64,000 bases of DNA from NCBI GenBank assembly GCA_043228905.1, contig JBHGNT010000010.1:18042001-18106000 (forward strand), written 5' to 3'. Position 1 is the first letter of the stretch, and every line of letters begins with the position of its first letter. The translations under genes were made by a program, and so were the position numbers. A model generated the notes under the pieces. The model was not told the origin of the DNA, searched no databases, and saw only the letters and a list, made by a program, of their open reading frames with translations. Shown here in pieces: positions 24,343-36,360 of the stretch. The DNA comes from Azolla caroliniana. Taxonomy: Eukaryota; Plantae; Polypodiophyta.

Positions 24343-26339
24343 ACGTGACAAGATGGTACTATGTGATCAATCAAGAACACTTAACATAGTTACAAACATA
24401 ATTAGTATGCATGCACTAACACAAGAATTACTTCCTTAGACATTGCATTATAAGTACTAAACATATGGATTAAAAATTACATGGCGATAAAGTAGAACGA
24501 TCGTGCCGCCTTAAACTGCAAGGCAGCACCATCAAACCAAACCCAATGACGGTTAAAGCTAAACCCTAGAGACAATAAATCTGCATGGTGAAGCTAAAAA
24601 CAATGTTGGACAAATAGTGTATCATGCTTTTTATCATCTGAAATGTAAAATATTGATTTCTTATGTAACTCACCGTCTTGTCGCCAATAGCAAATATGTA
24701 CAAGTATTGTACATTGATCATTGTACCAATGCATTGATTGAACCTCATTTTGAACTTTAAATGTATAGTTTTCTGCAAAGTCAATAACTGATACGATGAC
24801 ACATGTTGGTAACTTATTAATACATTCCTTGAACTGTGAATTTTGCCAATAACTCCGGAAGTTATGTGGAATGAACTCCCCAAGTTGTTTCTTAAATTCT
24901 GAGACAAGAGTAACAACACATGTCTCCTTATATACTTCCTTGATACGCTTAGTTACAAGTCCCTTGCCAATATTTTCAGTCACATACTCTAAATATTTCC
25001 ATTTCACAATATGATTGTTTCCCAAATCAAGCTCCTGCCTACAAAATAATGGTAGCGGACAAATTGTACATGTTCTTAAAAGACATGTATGACGATGTCA
25101 CTCACATGATGGTTCTTTTTCACAAACACAAGACCTCCATAACTCAGAAACGGATGCATAAGTCATGTTTCGTGCATTACACCTATTATCCTCCCCATTT
25201 GTTCTACAAACCTCACAAGTGCAGACACATAATTCCCCGTGTGTACCCTTAGAATCAGTACGCATTGCATTCACTCCAAGCCTTAACATGTCCATCTTCA
25301 CGTGGTACACACAACAACATGTATTCCTCTCATTTAATTTTCTAACATAATATGGTTTCAAACCTTGGAACTTGCGGAATCCAACAGTCAAGCTTGGATG
25401 TTGGTCTTTAAAGTTCATGTACAAATTAGCCTACATCAACCAATATATATAGCAAACATTAATATACACTTGGTCAAAACAAAAATTTATGGAATGTGAA
25501 TTGATATAAAAAAATGGAATACCTCCGTCATCTCCAAGAAGTGTCTAGGGTGAATCTGGTACTTACCCTGACTTATTCATTGTCTACACACGTCCTTCTT
25601 ATTTGGTGAGACACAAGTATTTTTTGCCCAAAATGAATTCATTTTCTCAATAATCTCTTGAGATAAGGCATCGCATCATCGTCTACGTCCCAACCCCAAC
25701 CACTTGAATTGGCTTGAGTGTATATTTCAACGATGTTTCCTCAAGTTCCTTCTTTGAATACCCAGGGCTAAGGCAACTTTAGTATCACTATATATTTTTT
25801 CTCTCGCACCGTTCACAACCATGTGTAGGGATGCCCTCTTTGCAGCAAGTTTGTCTATGCTCTCTACACCTTTCACTAAGTCTAGGGATGACTTCATAGA
25901 CTGTACAATCTCTTCTGAAACACATTGGTCCCTAAATTTTATTCTCCCCATGTCTTCATTCAAACGTTGATGGTGTAACACTCTACATATAAGATCCCTA
26001 CAATCCTCTTCACCAAATATCTTCATTATTTCTACCAAATAACGGACTATGTGAAGAACCACTTGTCTCTTGGTCCTTTTAGATATACATGAGTTACTTG
26101 ACAACTCACTCTCGTTCGGGATCCCCATTTGGTCACTCGATTTATCCAAAAAAATTAAGTGTCTTGCGAGAGTAGTTAATGTTATATAGACTACATTAAG
26201 AAATCACAATCAAATGTTTTTAAATGCGGTTTGCAAAGTGAGAAATAATTCGTTTCGAACATTAGAATTACGAATCAAAGATGACAATTATCATTTCTTT
26301 ATTCACAAATTTCTAAAAATGAAAAAATTTAGTACTGGA

Positions 26340-26530
26340 AAGGAACCTCCAATGGTGGAGGGAGCGTTGAATCTGTGTGATATGCCGCCTCAATTTGGTG
26401 GAAGGAACCTCCAATGGTGGAGGGAGCGTTAAATCTGTGTGATATGCCGCCTTGATTTGGTGGAATGAACCTCCAATGGTGGAGGGAGCCTTGAATTTGT
26501 GTGATATGCCACCTCGATTCGGTGGAAGGA
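26340..26530. repeat. Three ~61-bp tandem repeats upstream of the transposase
   Basis: GAACCTCCAATGGTGGAGGGAGC.TT.AAT.TGTGTGATATGCC repeated three times. Confidence 0.9.
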
Positions 26531-27980
26531 TCCTCGCCTCGGTGGAAAAAGCCTCAAATCACCACGAGATAAATTGCAATCAGTGGAAGAAGCAAGAAAA
26601 TCATTCTCGAAGAAGTCGCTATTGGCTGTTATAAGAGGCCTCAGAACAATCTCTAATCCTCAACTCAAACCCTAAAACAGAAACCCTAACAAAACAAGAA
26701 ATCCTCAACTCAAAACCAGAAACTTAACATGGATGTCTGAGATATGCTCCCTAAACCCTAACAAACCTCTTACATTGGAGGAAAACCAGAAACCTAACAT
26801 GGATGTCTGAGATGAAGAGCTCAGAGGGATAGAGGAAGAGGAGGAAGAGGAGTTGGTTTGAGGGGAAGCGCCAAAAATGACGTGAGGGGAAAATAGCCCC
26901 CAAAATGGAAAGAACATCTCCTCACGTGTTCCCCCCACTCCTTGTCTTAAATGACATTTGTACTACACTCACCCCACTCCCCAAAATCAAATTTTTTTTC
27001 TCTGATTTTTTTTCTCAATTATTTAGTACTAACAATATCGAAAGGACTGATATTTTTTGTGGCAAAAAACAATACTTTTCTAATACACCGTAGTGTGGTT
27101 CCACCCTTAGCCCAAAACATCTTCGGTAACTTAGCATGTGCAAGCATGCTTCAGACTCGCTCCATTATGGTTTGGTTCATCCTTTCAGCCAGGCCGTTCA
27201 GTTCCAGTGTCTTCGCCACAGTGAATTCAAGCCGGATTCCCTTCGACCGATAGTACTCCTCGAACTACCCCCGGTATTCTCCTTTGTTGTCCACTCAACC
27301 CGCCTTCAGCTTCTAGCTAGTTTCCCTTTCCACCGTCACATGGAGTTCCTTGAAGACAGACAATACCTGATCCTTCGTCTTCAATGGTGATAGCCACAGT
27401 TTCTGGTTGTGGTCGTCTATGAATGTCACGAAGTACTGCGATCCGGCATGTGACTTCGTGTCCACTTGGCATACATCGGTATGCACAAGTTCCAGTGGGG
27501 ACTTCCGTCTCATCAGTGGTCTTGACCGGAAAGAGGTTTGGTTTTGCTTGTCAACCAAGCAATTGGTGCACTTCTGAAGATGCACGACTTTCACCTCCAG
27601 AATGAGGTTATCTTTGGCAATTCTTCTCATCCCTTTCTGGCTCATGTGATACAACCTCTTGTGCCACAGCTGATCGGCATTTTCGGATGCCACGTTCACT
27701 TCCTCCCAACAGATCCGGGCATGCATTAGGTACAGTGTGTTGATCTTCCGGGCTCAAGCCACGATCAGGCTCCCTTCGCAAAACTTCATGACTCCGTTCC
27801 GGATGCTACCCATGTAGCCTTCATCATTTAGCCGATTGGCTGATATCAAGTTCAACCGAACCTCCGGAATGTGTCAGACATCCTTCAGCAGCAACTTGCA
27901 CCCAGTTGATGTCGTCAACCACACATCTCCTATAACGATAATTTGGCATGCACCTTCATTTCCCATCCGGACAGAACCGT

Positions 27981-28631
27981 TGTCGCGTAGATGCTCACGT
28001 GCGTGTGCTACTTGAACAGGACCATCGGGGCCACGGACCAGGGAGGACGTTCACGAATTTGTCGAAAAGACGACGATGTAGATGTTACAGTCGAGAAAAC
28101 CAATGTCACATTTGAAAAAAAACAAAGATTTTTAGACTCAAGAAGAAGATAGATTTCAAGAAGAATATTAAGAAGAAGATTATATTGATGGTGATGATAA
28201 TGATATCACATATTGAGCCCCCCCTTTACACAAGCCTTACGAGGGTTTTTATAGGTCTATCCATGCTTCTAACATGCACAAAACCATGGGCTTGGACCCA
28301 TGGTTTTTGGGCACACGGTTTTTCTTGTGGCATGCACAAAACCATGGGCTTGGAACATGGTTTTGTGCATACAGTTTTGTACAGTTGTTTTCCTATGCCT
28401 TTTGAATATCAAAAGAAATATATTTAAAGTGCTTGGTAGTAGCCTTAATGGTAAGATAAATGTCTTCTATCTTGGAGGTGCAAGGTTCAAATCTTGCTTG
28501 CACCCTTCTATATGCACTCGAATGCCACTAGGCCTTAGGATAATTTTCATATTTATAATCGTTTGTGTAATGAGCGTGGAACTACACTATTTCACAATTT
28601 CTCCCATTATTGGACACGCAACATCACGACA
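27981..28631 (-). mobile_element. Solo-LTR-like element (651 bp), same family as 5630-6258, with tRNA-like cassette
   Basis: TGTCG...CGACA; perfect 4-bp TSD CCGT; A-box-like 28440-28451, B box GGTTCAAATC 28484-28493. Confidence 0.9.
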
Positions 28632-29580
28632 CCGTGATCTCCAGCTCTGTACGATGAGACGCACTGCCGGTCAGGGGTCAGATGGAACGACGCTCCGGAG
28701 TCGACCACCCATGTCGTTTTGTCACTGACAAGATGCAGCTCACTCTCCTCGGTGATTAGCAACAGTTCTTCTTCACTTGTCGCGATCGCAGACTTTTCTT
28801 TTCTTTCCGAAATCTTCTTCAGTTACAAAATGTCGGCTCCCCCTTTGGATTTTCGGAAGTCTTGGCAATTCTTCTGGAAGTGCCCCGTGAGTTCGACCTC
28901 GTCCCCGATTTGTCCCGGTTTTGGGGACTCCAATTCCGGCCTCTTCCACGGTTATGGTCATATTCCATGACCAATGCATTCGGATCGGTTCCAGACTCCT
29001 GGTCCTTCCGGCAAGCTTCTTCATCTAGCAAGCTCGATTTTACCCTTGCTAGGGACAATTGTTTTCCTTCCGGCTCGGCGTTGCCCAAAGTGACAACTAG
29101 CATCTCCCAACTATCCGGGAGTGAACCGAGCAGGAGCAACGCAAGTACCTTGTCGGCTAGTGGTACTTCCAACGAGGTTGTTTTATTTATGAGCCCATGG
29201 AATGCATTCATGTGCTTCGCCATGCTAGATCCGTCTTGATACCGAAGTCTCACTAACTTCCGGAATACCAAAACCCTATTTACGGTGTTTTTACTCTCCA
29301 GCATGGTGCCGATTTTCTCCTAGAGCACATGAGCCTTGCTCTCTTCATTGAAGTTGTTGTACAAGCTCATGTCGATGAAGCGCCATATGTATGCCGCCGT
29401 CTTCATGTGCATCACCTCCCACGTCGTGGCATCAATCTTGTATGGTTTCTTGTCCTAGAACTGTACCGACAGCAATAGATCTTTGACCACGAGCATGTAC
29501 CTCATCTTTGACTTCCACATTGGGTAGTTGGAGCTGGTGAGCTTGAACATGCTTCCGAATGACTCTTCCATTTTTCTTTC

Positions 29581-30277
29581 TGATGGGAACCCAACGCTCC
29601 TTATGCGCAACGCTCGGCCACAACCGAGCTTAGAATGATACACAGAAACACGGGAAATAAAACGAGACACAAAGAAGGAGAGAATACACAGGAGGTTTAC
29701 GTGGAAAACCCCAAACTAGGGGATAAACCACGGCAGCCCACAGGCTGCAAACTGTCACTATGTAGGAATATACAACAGTGAGTTCACTGAGGCACCGACC
29801 TAGTGCTCACAAATCTTCGCCACAGGCGGCGGTTACAACAGAGGCAACGACCTCTTTCTCTTTCTCTCTCTCTCTCTCTCTGTACAGTTACGCACATTGA
29901 TCTCGTGCAAAACAGAAAATGACAACAACTAAAAGTTTGCCCTAAGTCATATTTATACTAATATGACTTTTCGGCTATTTACAAATATAGCCTCGATGGG
30001 CCCTCAGAAACATATTTACGAATATGTCTCTTCCTCCGGTTCTGCACCATCCGGCTCTCCGTAGCCGGGTACTCCTCATCCGGTTCACACCGGGCCTGCA
30101 CCATCCGGCTCTCCGTAGCCGGGTACTCCTCATCCGGTCCTCATCGGGTCTGTATCATCTAGCTCTCCGTAGCCGGGTACTCCTCATCCGGTCCTCACCG
30201 GGTCTGTATCATCCGGCTCTCCGGTTCGTCGGCACTGTTCTTCTCCCTTCCCATCCGGAGGGACCTGTCTCCCAACA
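29581..30277 (-). mobile_element. Solo LTR (697 bp) inserted between PBS and gag ATG of 27106-30710
   Basis: TG...CA, TSD CTTTC (29576-29580 / 30278-30282); ~54-bp tandem repeats. Confidence 0.9.
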
Positions 30278-33200
30278 CTTTCTTATTTTGAAGTTTACAA
30301 CTTCACTCGGATACCAATTTGCAAGGAATAGAGCTCGGCCACAACAGAGTCTTAAACACTCAATGGAAGGAAGCAGGAAATAGACATAAGATTAATGCAC
30401 TTACTCAGAATGAGATGACACCAGATGTTAACGTGGAAAACCCTAAATGGGAAAAAAACCACGGGAGCCCACATACTCCAACTATCACTATGAGAAAAGA
30501 ATACAAAGTGAGACTTAGAGGCAACGACCTCGAGCTCTATGTCTTTGCCAACCGATGGTTACAACAGAAAAGCTTTCTGTGTATGTCACTCTCGCTCTCT
30601 CTCTCTATCCATCTATATCACAATAATAATGACCACATCTAGATATGTCCCTGGATCCAGTTCACACCGGATTCATCTGGATCCCATCCGGAGGGACTGA
30701 ATTCCCAACAACATGCTCTATTCGAACTTGGATGGAGGAAGGGGAAAAAGTTGTGGAAGAAGAGGCCAATTTGGCCAAGGCCGCCACAACAAAGAATAAC
30801 CTCGCGAACAAAATTTCTACTACGGTAAGACGTTACAAACACACGAGGTGGAATGTCTGGAAGAAGGGGGATTCGCAATCATGCAGGATGAAGCCGACAA
30901 AACAACTTTGTCCACTGCGGATACTATGGCAAATTCGGCCATTACAAGGCAGAGTGTCGAAAGAAGAAGAGTGAGCCGGCCTTCACAAGCCGGCAACTCA
31001 CCAACTATGCCTCAAATTCTAACTACGACAATCATGGCGGAATGTTCATGATGCGGCATAGAGAGAATTAGGTGACGGGATCGTGCTCGACAAGCACCTC
31101 CAACTCAGAAAATGTATGATTTATCGACTTGGGTGCATCCAATCACATGACGTCTCATGTAGATTGGTTTCGAGAACTATGAAAGCCCAAGTGACCGGAC
31201 TATGTGGAAATAGGGGATGACACAATTCACCCCATTCAACATGTCGGTAATGTCCCATTCCGTGAAAAGGGTAACCAAACCTACATCAAGAACGTCTTGC
31301 ATGTTCCAACAATAACGAAGAATCTGGTCTCGGTTGGCCAAATTGTGGAACAAGGCATGTAAGTTCGGTTCGACGTTGGAGGATGCTTTATTGAAAAGGA
31401 AGGCCAAATTATCGCTCGGGAGTGAAGAGAAGGCCGAATGTTCATCCTAGATTCTCACGAGATGAAATCGGCAATGTTTGCCAAGGGGCATAAAGCCGAC
31501 ACTGACATAGAGCTTTGGCACAAAAGAATCGGCCACATTAAACTCCAGAATCTCAAAGGAATGCAATCAAAAGGAGTCTTCATCGGACTCCCGACCTTTA
31601 CCGAGAAGGAGATTATTGGTGTATGAGAAGCCTGTTAGTTTGGCAAACATCATCATCAACGGTTCCCGAAAGAGAGGAACATAAGCAAAGGAATCCTAGA
31701 TGTGTAATACATTCATATGTATTGGGATCGGCCCAAACGGCAACATTCGGTGGTTGCCAGTACTATGTGATGTTCATCGATGACTTCTCCAGGCACACCT
31801 AGATATTCCTAATGCAACAGAAGAGTCAAGTGTTCTTGCACTTCCAAAAATTCAAAAACGAAGTTGAAAAGGAAACCGCTCGGCATGTCTGATGCCTTCA
31901 ATTGGATAGCGGCAAGGAGTATTTCTCCGATGCCTTCACAACATACCTTTGACAAGAAGGAATTTGGTGAGAGTTCACCTACCGACACATACCTCAACAA
32001 AACAGAGTAGCCGAACAGAAAAATCAGCATATACTCGAGGTGGTAAGGGCAATGATGAATGAGAAAAATTTGCCGAAATTATATTGGGCCAAAGCGGCGA
32101 ATACGGCCGCCTATCTAATGAATCGGTGCACAACATCTGTAGTGCACGATGTAACCCCTCATGAGAAATTCTATGGAAAGAAGCCAGACCTATCCCACGT
32201 AAGGATATTCGGTTCTATCTTGTTTGTACACATTCCCGATGAAAAGCGGCAAAAGCTAGATCCAAAATTGGAGAAGTGTATCCTCGTAGGGTACTCACTC
32301 GAACAAAAGGGGTATAACTGCTTCAATCCCTCCACCATAAAGGTACAAGTGAGTAGGGATGTGATATTCGATGAATCGCATCTTGGTACACTGTCGACTC
32401 AACTCTATCTGACCCAATCAAAACCGATTTTGATATAGACTCGAAGGAGGATGATCAACTAAGGCTCACACATGAGGATAGTCCAATATCAACCAAATTG
32501 AGTGGACCACATGAGCCTCCAAGCGACCAAAGCACGTTGCGGCCAAGTCCGAAACTAGACAAAGAGAAGGCCAAAATGCCTAAGTATGAAGACTTAGATG
32601 GAAACAAATCGGCTCACTCACTCAACAGTAAGTACAGTGGATAGGATGTGCCTATCATGAGGACATCCGAACCGAGAAAGCGTTCATGAAGACAAGTGAA
32701 CAACCACATTGGTCCACCTAAGAGAAGAATGTAGTAAGTTGATTCGGCTACAATGACTACATGGCATATCATTATGCATTTATGATGTAGGAGGCGACAA
32801 TCCGAGAGCCAGATACTTTTTTCGAAGCCGCGAAGGACCTACGATGGGTTGAAGCGACGAATGAGGAGATGCATGCACTCTCCTGAAACAAGACATGGGA
32901 TCTCATCCCCACTTCACACCATCAAACGGCAATCAGATGCTGATGGATATTTAAGGTGAAGCACAATGCCAACGACACTGTCAATCGGTATAGGGCCCAA
33001 CTTGTGGCAAAAGGTTATGCGTAAACACATGGAGTCGATTACAAAGAGACCTTTACCACGGTAGCAAAGATGACTACCATCCGAACTGTGATCGTGCTTG
33101 CAGGAGCAAAAGGGTGGCACCTCCATTAGATGGACGTCAAGAACGCCTTTCTTCAAGTCGAATTAGATGAGGAGGTGTACATGGTACAACCACCCAAATT

Positions 33201-33955
33201 CAAGTTGAGTACGCATTTGATTGTTATCTGCCGACTCAAAAAGCCTCTCTACGGTCTCAAGCAAGCACCAAGAGCATGACATTCGAAGATAACCCACTAT
33301 CTTCACCAAATCGGCTTCGAAATGTCCAAGTCCGACAATTCTCTATTCATCTAGAACGACTCTAGATGACAGTTATTCATCATCATTTATGTGGACAGCT
33401 TGGTCATTGGAGGAGAGCACATTGGGGATATCAAACATACCAAGAAGCTACTCTCCGGCCAATTCAAAATGAAAGACATGAAGGAGCTACATTAATTTCT
33501 AGGGATAGAAGTAATTTAGATTCAAGACGACGTCATGATCTCCCAATGACACTATGTTCTCAATCTGCTTTTCAAGTTTGGGATGATGACAGAGTGTAAG
33601 ATTGTTAATGCCCCTCTCGATTGAAATCTAAAGTTAGATGTTGATTCCGGCACAGAAGAGTGTGAACCAACATACTATTAACGACTTGTCGGAAGCCTTA
33701 TTTATCTCACCATTACTCAATCCGACCTCAACTACCCGGTCGGCCTCCTTAGCCAGTTTATGCAGACACCACGGAATATTCACCTGGACTGTGTTAAAGC
33801 GAGTGTTACGCTATGTAAGTGGGACAATGCTTGAAGGGTACACCGATGCCGACTAGGCCAACTACAAAGCCGACAGACGATCAACATCGAGATTCATCTT
33901 CTCCCTCGGTAACGGAGCCATATCATGGAGCAGTAAGACGCAGTCGACGGTCGCA

Positions 33956-34984
33956 TGTTACCGTACGAGATGTACGGTGTCATGAATACTATTCATGCCA
34001 AAGCTCGAACCCTCAATCGTGGCACTCATCTCATAGCACCTTACCCGCTGGGTCATTTAGATTATGTGATAATAAATCATGTCATTATTAAGATATGTAT
34101 GCATACAATATTATAGAACACTCTGGAATATTATGGAACATTCTAGAACATTTAAGGAAACTCATGAATGGATGACACGTGGCATTGCTTTTGCATGCGT
34201 CATCACCTACTCCTATAAATTGAAACCCCTCATTATTTTCAAGTTATTCCGGTTCAACACCAGTCTCAAGCCCTCTAGCCTACATTATCAATCATTCTCT
34301 TAATTCTCTAGTTGTAACATTCTCTCTTTATAATAATAAATATCTCAGCATTTCGCTTCGACAAGAAACTCTATCTTTTCTCTTGTTTGCGTGCTAACTA
34401 TTAGTTGCATATTCTCTCTTTATAATAATAATATCTCCATTCTGCTTCTTCTACATATCCCTATCCTTTTCTCTTGTCCGTGTGCTGACATACGGAGAGT
34501 TGAGTGAGAATGAAGAAACTTAATGTTGTTATATGTATATGTAACGTATACGATTATGAGTGTGAATGTAAGTGTGAGTGTGAGTGGATAGATACGAAGA
34601 GGTGTGAGTGAGTGATTAGTGTGAATGGCCAAGGGGGCTTGCACCCCTATGTATCTACCCCTCTAGTAACTATTTAACCCCCTTATGGGGAATGAATAAA
34701 TGAAGATATAGTTCTCTCTCATCTTTCTCTCTCTTGCCATATGATACCTAACAACCTTGGTCATATCTCTTTCTCTCTCTTCCCCCCTTCTCGTTAAACC
34801 CCCTTGGGAGGGGGGTGGAGCCATTCTAGGCACCACCCCACAATGCTTCTCAACATCATCACCATTTCCATCTTCATCACTGTCAATGTCAATGCCATCA
34901 TCAATCTTGCAATGTTAATCCTTAAACCCACCATTTCCATCTTCAACACCATTATCATTAACCCTAACCCTAAAACCTACAACA
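33956..34984. mobile_element. Solo LTR in the RNase H region of the copia, itself interrupted by another solo LTR
   Basis: TG...CA, TSD TCGCA (33951-33955 / 34985-34989); start resembles LTR 48068-48430. Confidence 0.88.
33978..34490 (+). mobile_element. Solo LTR (513 bp) nested in 33956-34984
   Basis: TGTCA...TGACA, TSD TACGG (33973-33977 / 34491-34495); TATAAAT at ~34214. Confidence 0.88.
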
Positions 34985-35600
34985 TCGCATTGTCGAGCAC
35001 AGAGACCAAATATAGGGGCGCGATCGCTACATGGCCCGTAACCCAATATTCCACGCTCGAACTAAGCACATTGAAGTGCATTATCACTTTATTCGAGTGT
35101 GTGTCCTAGCCGAAGATGTCAACCTACAACACATCAACACGAACTTGAAGACGACCGACATCTTCACAAAGGCCCTGGGTGTCGACAAGCTGCAACAATT
35201 CACGACGAACCTAGGTCTCGTGACCACCGACCAGTCGAGCTTGAGGGGGAGTAAGGAATCGTCTGATGCGACGTCAATTGGAGCCAAACGATCACAGGAG
35301 TGAGCCAACCATCCATAACCGAAGCCGGAGTTGACTCAAAAGTGACCTGAAGACAAGCCGAACCAACTATTCGGCGACCGGAAGTTGCCTTTGAAGAGGT
35401 GTGTTGAGAATCAAACTCAACTTCCCTAGTGTGGGAACACCGCTTAGTATACTCAAGTGTGTTCACCTCCTTGTATAGTAACTAGTGTGTCATAGAACTT
35501 TAAGGTTCTATGACACATATTTAGTAGATGGTTAAGTCTCCGCCTCTTTTGCAAGTGGTGGTTCTAGTGAGAGAACATAGAGAGAAGGTGACTATATAAG

Positions 35601-35648
<48 letters not shown>

Positions 35649-35699
35649 TATCTCTTCCGTTGCACAGAATTACTCCCGATTCTTTACACAACCATTAAC

Positions 35700-36360
35700 C
35701 ATGCAGAAGACATTCGCACTTTCCCATATCTTCTTAAAACCTCTTGCTTTCAAAAGACTACATCTAAATCACCCTTGATATCATCATATTCACCTTTTAG
35801 TGTATGCACCAAAGTAAGTCACATCTCCTTGACTGCATCCACAACATTCTGATGCATTTCCTGAAATATCCTTCAACATCCACTAGTCCACAAAACGCAT
35901 AAGACTATTGAATTAATCATCTCCCAAACCACCCCATTTTGTACTGAATTAATAGGCATACATGGCAACACTTCCTCAACATATAAACCTCTCGTATACA
36001 ATGCAAACTTAACCTTTTCTTTTGCATAATCTTGTAGCTCACTTGCCCCCCATTTATATACTCTAGAGCCATATACCTCATGCAAGAGACACAACCTTTT
36101 CCAAACCAATTTAGCAATAGTATAGGACTAGAATAGGTGATGAAGAGAATCCATCTCTAATCCACAGAAATCACACATTTTATCCACATCCTTACAATAC
36201 ATCCAAACCCTAATAGGAATCGCATAATGACAATAAACCATCTAAATAAAATAATCTTTTTTGGAGCTTGCATGACCCATAACCATTTCCAAAATGTTGT
36301 GATGCGAATATGATCAATATTATAACTCAACCATGTCTTAGCGGTTGTCAACCAGCGGGG
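35700..36360 (-). pseudogene. LINE (L1-like) ORF2 C-terminal remnant (zf-RVT region)
   Basis: FWKWLWVMQAPKKIILFRW followed by a degenerate C-x2-C...HL..C.AK.VW; frameshifted. Confidence 0.65.

Larger units (their letters stand above)
21470..26149 (-). pseudogene. Sola2-like DDD transposase, three exons, disrupted
   Basis: Motifs KPYYVR..RNTCCCVYH, VIDFAENY..QNEVQSMHW, ISDDKKHD, WFDGAALQFK, WNYFGSGHGKGEHDGAG; GT-AG introns 25431-25522 and 22356-24480; in-frame stops such as TAG at 22241-22243; start uncertain. Confidence 0.75.
9483..27090. mobile_element. Large DNA transposon (Sola2-like transposase plus RING-H2 cargo gene), ~11.4 kb after removing nested LTR insertions
   Basis: Inverted CTACGGTGTA at 9480-9489 and 27084-27093, followed inward on both sides by TTTTG(G)CC(AC)AAAAA and TTA(A)GTACTAAAT; two convergent spliced genes; AGTACT-rich repeats throughout. 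Confidence 0.65.
27106..30710 (-). mobile_element. 3'-truncated decayed Tork-like copia (5' LTR 30320-30710, gag, protease, part of integrase)
   Basis: Gag start MEESFGSMFKLTSSNY shared with 2406-7637; PBS remnant CTCGGATACCA ~30306-30316; integrase breaks off at ~27106. Confidence 0.88.
30711..35688 (+). mobile_element. 5'-truncated decayed Ty1/copia element with 3' LTR 35402-35688
   Basis: Protease, integrase, RT and RNase H fragments (ARTKHIEVHYHFIR); many stops; LTR similar to 55947-56390. Confidence 0.9.

Noticed and set aside
27085-27095. TAGTG right end suggesting a CACTA element
   Set aside because: The matching left end reads TGCTA with no 3-bp TSD, the CACTA at 9638 does not match the terminal repeat, and the transposase lacks CACTA TnpD motifs.
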